This document shows positions 62,715 through 64,000 of a DNA stretch of 64,000 bases, piece after piece. The notes beneath the pieces were generated by a model. That model was not told the DNA's origin and ran no database searches. It saw only the letters and a list, made by a program, of their open reading frames with translations. This stretch comes from Candidatus Latescibacterota bacterium (GTDB taxonomy: Bacteria > Latescibacterota > UBA2968 > SICM01), in the NCBI GenBank assembly GCA_965217865.1, contig CBDCJO010000002.1:1984001-2048000 (forward strand), written 5' to 3'. The stretch's first letter is position 1; every line of letters begins with the position of its first letter. Position numbers and translations under genes: made by a program.

Positions 62715-63371
62715 TTACCAGCGATTCTTGATCTTCCCCTCATCCAGGAAGACGGTTGGATTTGGATATTTTCGGGCAAGGTCGACGTCGTGAGTGGCGA
62801 CGATAACCGACGTTCCCTGGCTGTGGATATTGCGGAGTATTTCCATCACTTTTTCCGAGGCAAGTTCATCCAAATTTCCGGTCGGCTCGTCGGCCAGCAG
62901 CAGGAAAGGCTCATTGACAATCGCTCGAGCTATCGCGACCCGCTGGCGCTCCCCGCCCGAGAGATGATTCGGCGATTCATTTCGTTTCTGCGTCATGTTC
63001 ACCGCGACCAGCGCAGCCAATGCCTTCCGGGGGATCAACGATCTGTGAGTCCCTGTAACCTCAAGCGCAAAAGCCACATTTTCCAAAACACTCCGGTCCT
63101 TCAATAGCTTGAAGTCCTGAAAGATGATCCCGATCTTTCGACGTATCAAAGGGATGTCACGACTTCGAACGGATTCCGAGTTGATACCCTCCAATAACAC
63201 GTATCCCCTTGTCGGGCGCTCATCACAATAGATCACGCGCAAAACCGTACTCTTCCCCGCCCCGCTGGGTCCCGCAAGATACAGAAACTCTCCCTTACCG
63301 ACGTGGAAGCTGACGTCTTCGAGGATGGTCGTGGAATCTTTCTCCACCCAGACATTTTGAAGTTCGATCAT
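62715..63371 (-). CDS. ftsE: Cell division ATP-binding protein
   Basis: GPSGAGKST, IFQDFKLL, LSGGERQR, LADEPTGNLD. Confidence 0.95.
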   Translation of the reverse strand: MIELQNVWVEKDSTTILEDVSFHVGKGEFLYLAGPSGAGKSTVLRVIYCDERPTRGYVLLEGINSESVRSRDIPLIRRKIGIIFQDFKLLKDRSVLENVAFALEVTGTHRSLIPRKALAALVAVNMTQKRNESPNHLSGGERQRVAIARAIVNEPFLLLADEPTGNLDELASEKVMEILRNIHSQGTSVIVATHDVDLARKYPNPTVFLDEGKIKNRW

Positions 63372-64000
63372 TTCGGTTTCAATACAAAATGAACGCGATC
63401 CGATTCTTCGGTAGCCGTGTTGAGAGTGAACCCATCGTAAGCACCGAGAAGAAGGAAATCTGATCCGGCTACGATGTCCATCACCTCATGAACCCGGTAA
63501 ATCCGCTGTCGATGGGTCTCACGGATCGTCTCGTTGGCCCCCTTGAAATTGATCGTGAAGTCGTTCGTCTGTACCCCATCCTGATAAAAACTGTGGCGGA
63601 CATAAGCGAACCCGTCTCCCGTTTCTCGTTCTGTGATGTTTCGGAAATGGCGAACGGAGTTGGCCTCAGTGCAGATATCGAATAGAAAAAGTCCTTTCTT
63701 GCGGACGAACGGTCGAACCTGCCCGAGCACCTGTACGACCTCATCGATGGACATTAGATAGTTCATGCTGTCATAGATGCAAATAGCGGTGTCGGCAGGC
63801 GTGAGGCCGTCAACGCCCTTCAGGTTCGCAGTGTAAAAGGGGATATCACGCCTCCCCTCCTTGGCTTTTTTCCGGGCTATGGCCAGCATCTCCTCAGAGT
63901 GGTCGACCCCTGTCATCTTATAACCCCGTCGAGAAAGCTCCAGGGTCATGTTTCCTGTGCCACAGGCCAAATCCAATACACTGACAGGATTCGTATCGTG
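63368..64000 (-). CDS. Class I SAM methyltransferase (5' end outside the window)
   Basis: LDLACGTG, GVD.S.EML, YDSMNY. Confidence 0.88.
   Translation of the reverse strand, partial: HDTNPVSVLDLACGTGNMTLELSRRGYKMTGVDHSEEMLAIARKKAKEGRRDIPFYTANLKGVDGLTPADTAICIYDSMNYLMSIDEVVQVLGQVRPFVRKKGLFLFDICTEANSVRHFRNITERETGDGFAYVRHSFYQDGVQTNDFTINFKGANETIRETHRQRIYRVHEVMDIVAGSDFLLLGAYDGFTLNTATEESDRVHFVLKPK

Overview
GC-rich bacterial chromosome segment; the taxon cannot be determined from the sequence, and it is plausibly an uncultured-lineage assembly. The housekeeping backbone comprises moeA, an Xaa-Pro peptidase, sigma54 and Crp regulators, ispE-tRNA-Gln-rplY-pth-rpsF-rpsR-rplI, aguBA, class I fumarase, hisN, purM, a hydantoinase/oxoprolinase pair and ftsEX-envC, with many catabolic enzymes in between. 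The main accessory feature is a pair of integron-like cassette loci (about 0.8-6.5 kb and 49.6-51.1 kb). Each starts at a related attI-like site that sits behind the same internally deleted, co-oriented integrase relic. The left array carries a DfrA1-like dihydrofolate reductase and has been hit by IS110/IS1111-family elements at attC sites. One complete element has a ~460-bp 3' non-coding region with bridge/seekRNA-like loops matching both the attC target and its own circle junction, and an orphan copy of that region lies 4 kb away. Other oddities are a pseudoknot-like leader before an LPxxP...EYGFxxW/TPR gene, five 24-bp palindromes (several in apparent DUF1016-like relics), REP-like and heptamer intergenic repeats, and many single-base frameshifts that may be consensus errors. 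No rRNA or CRISPR array was seen. All alignments were done by eye.
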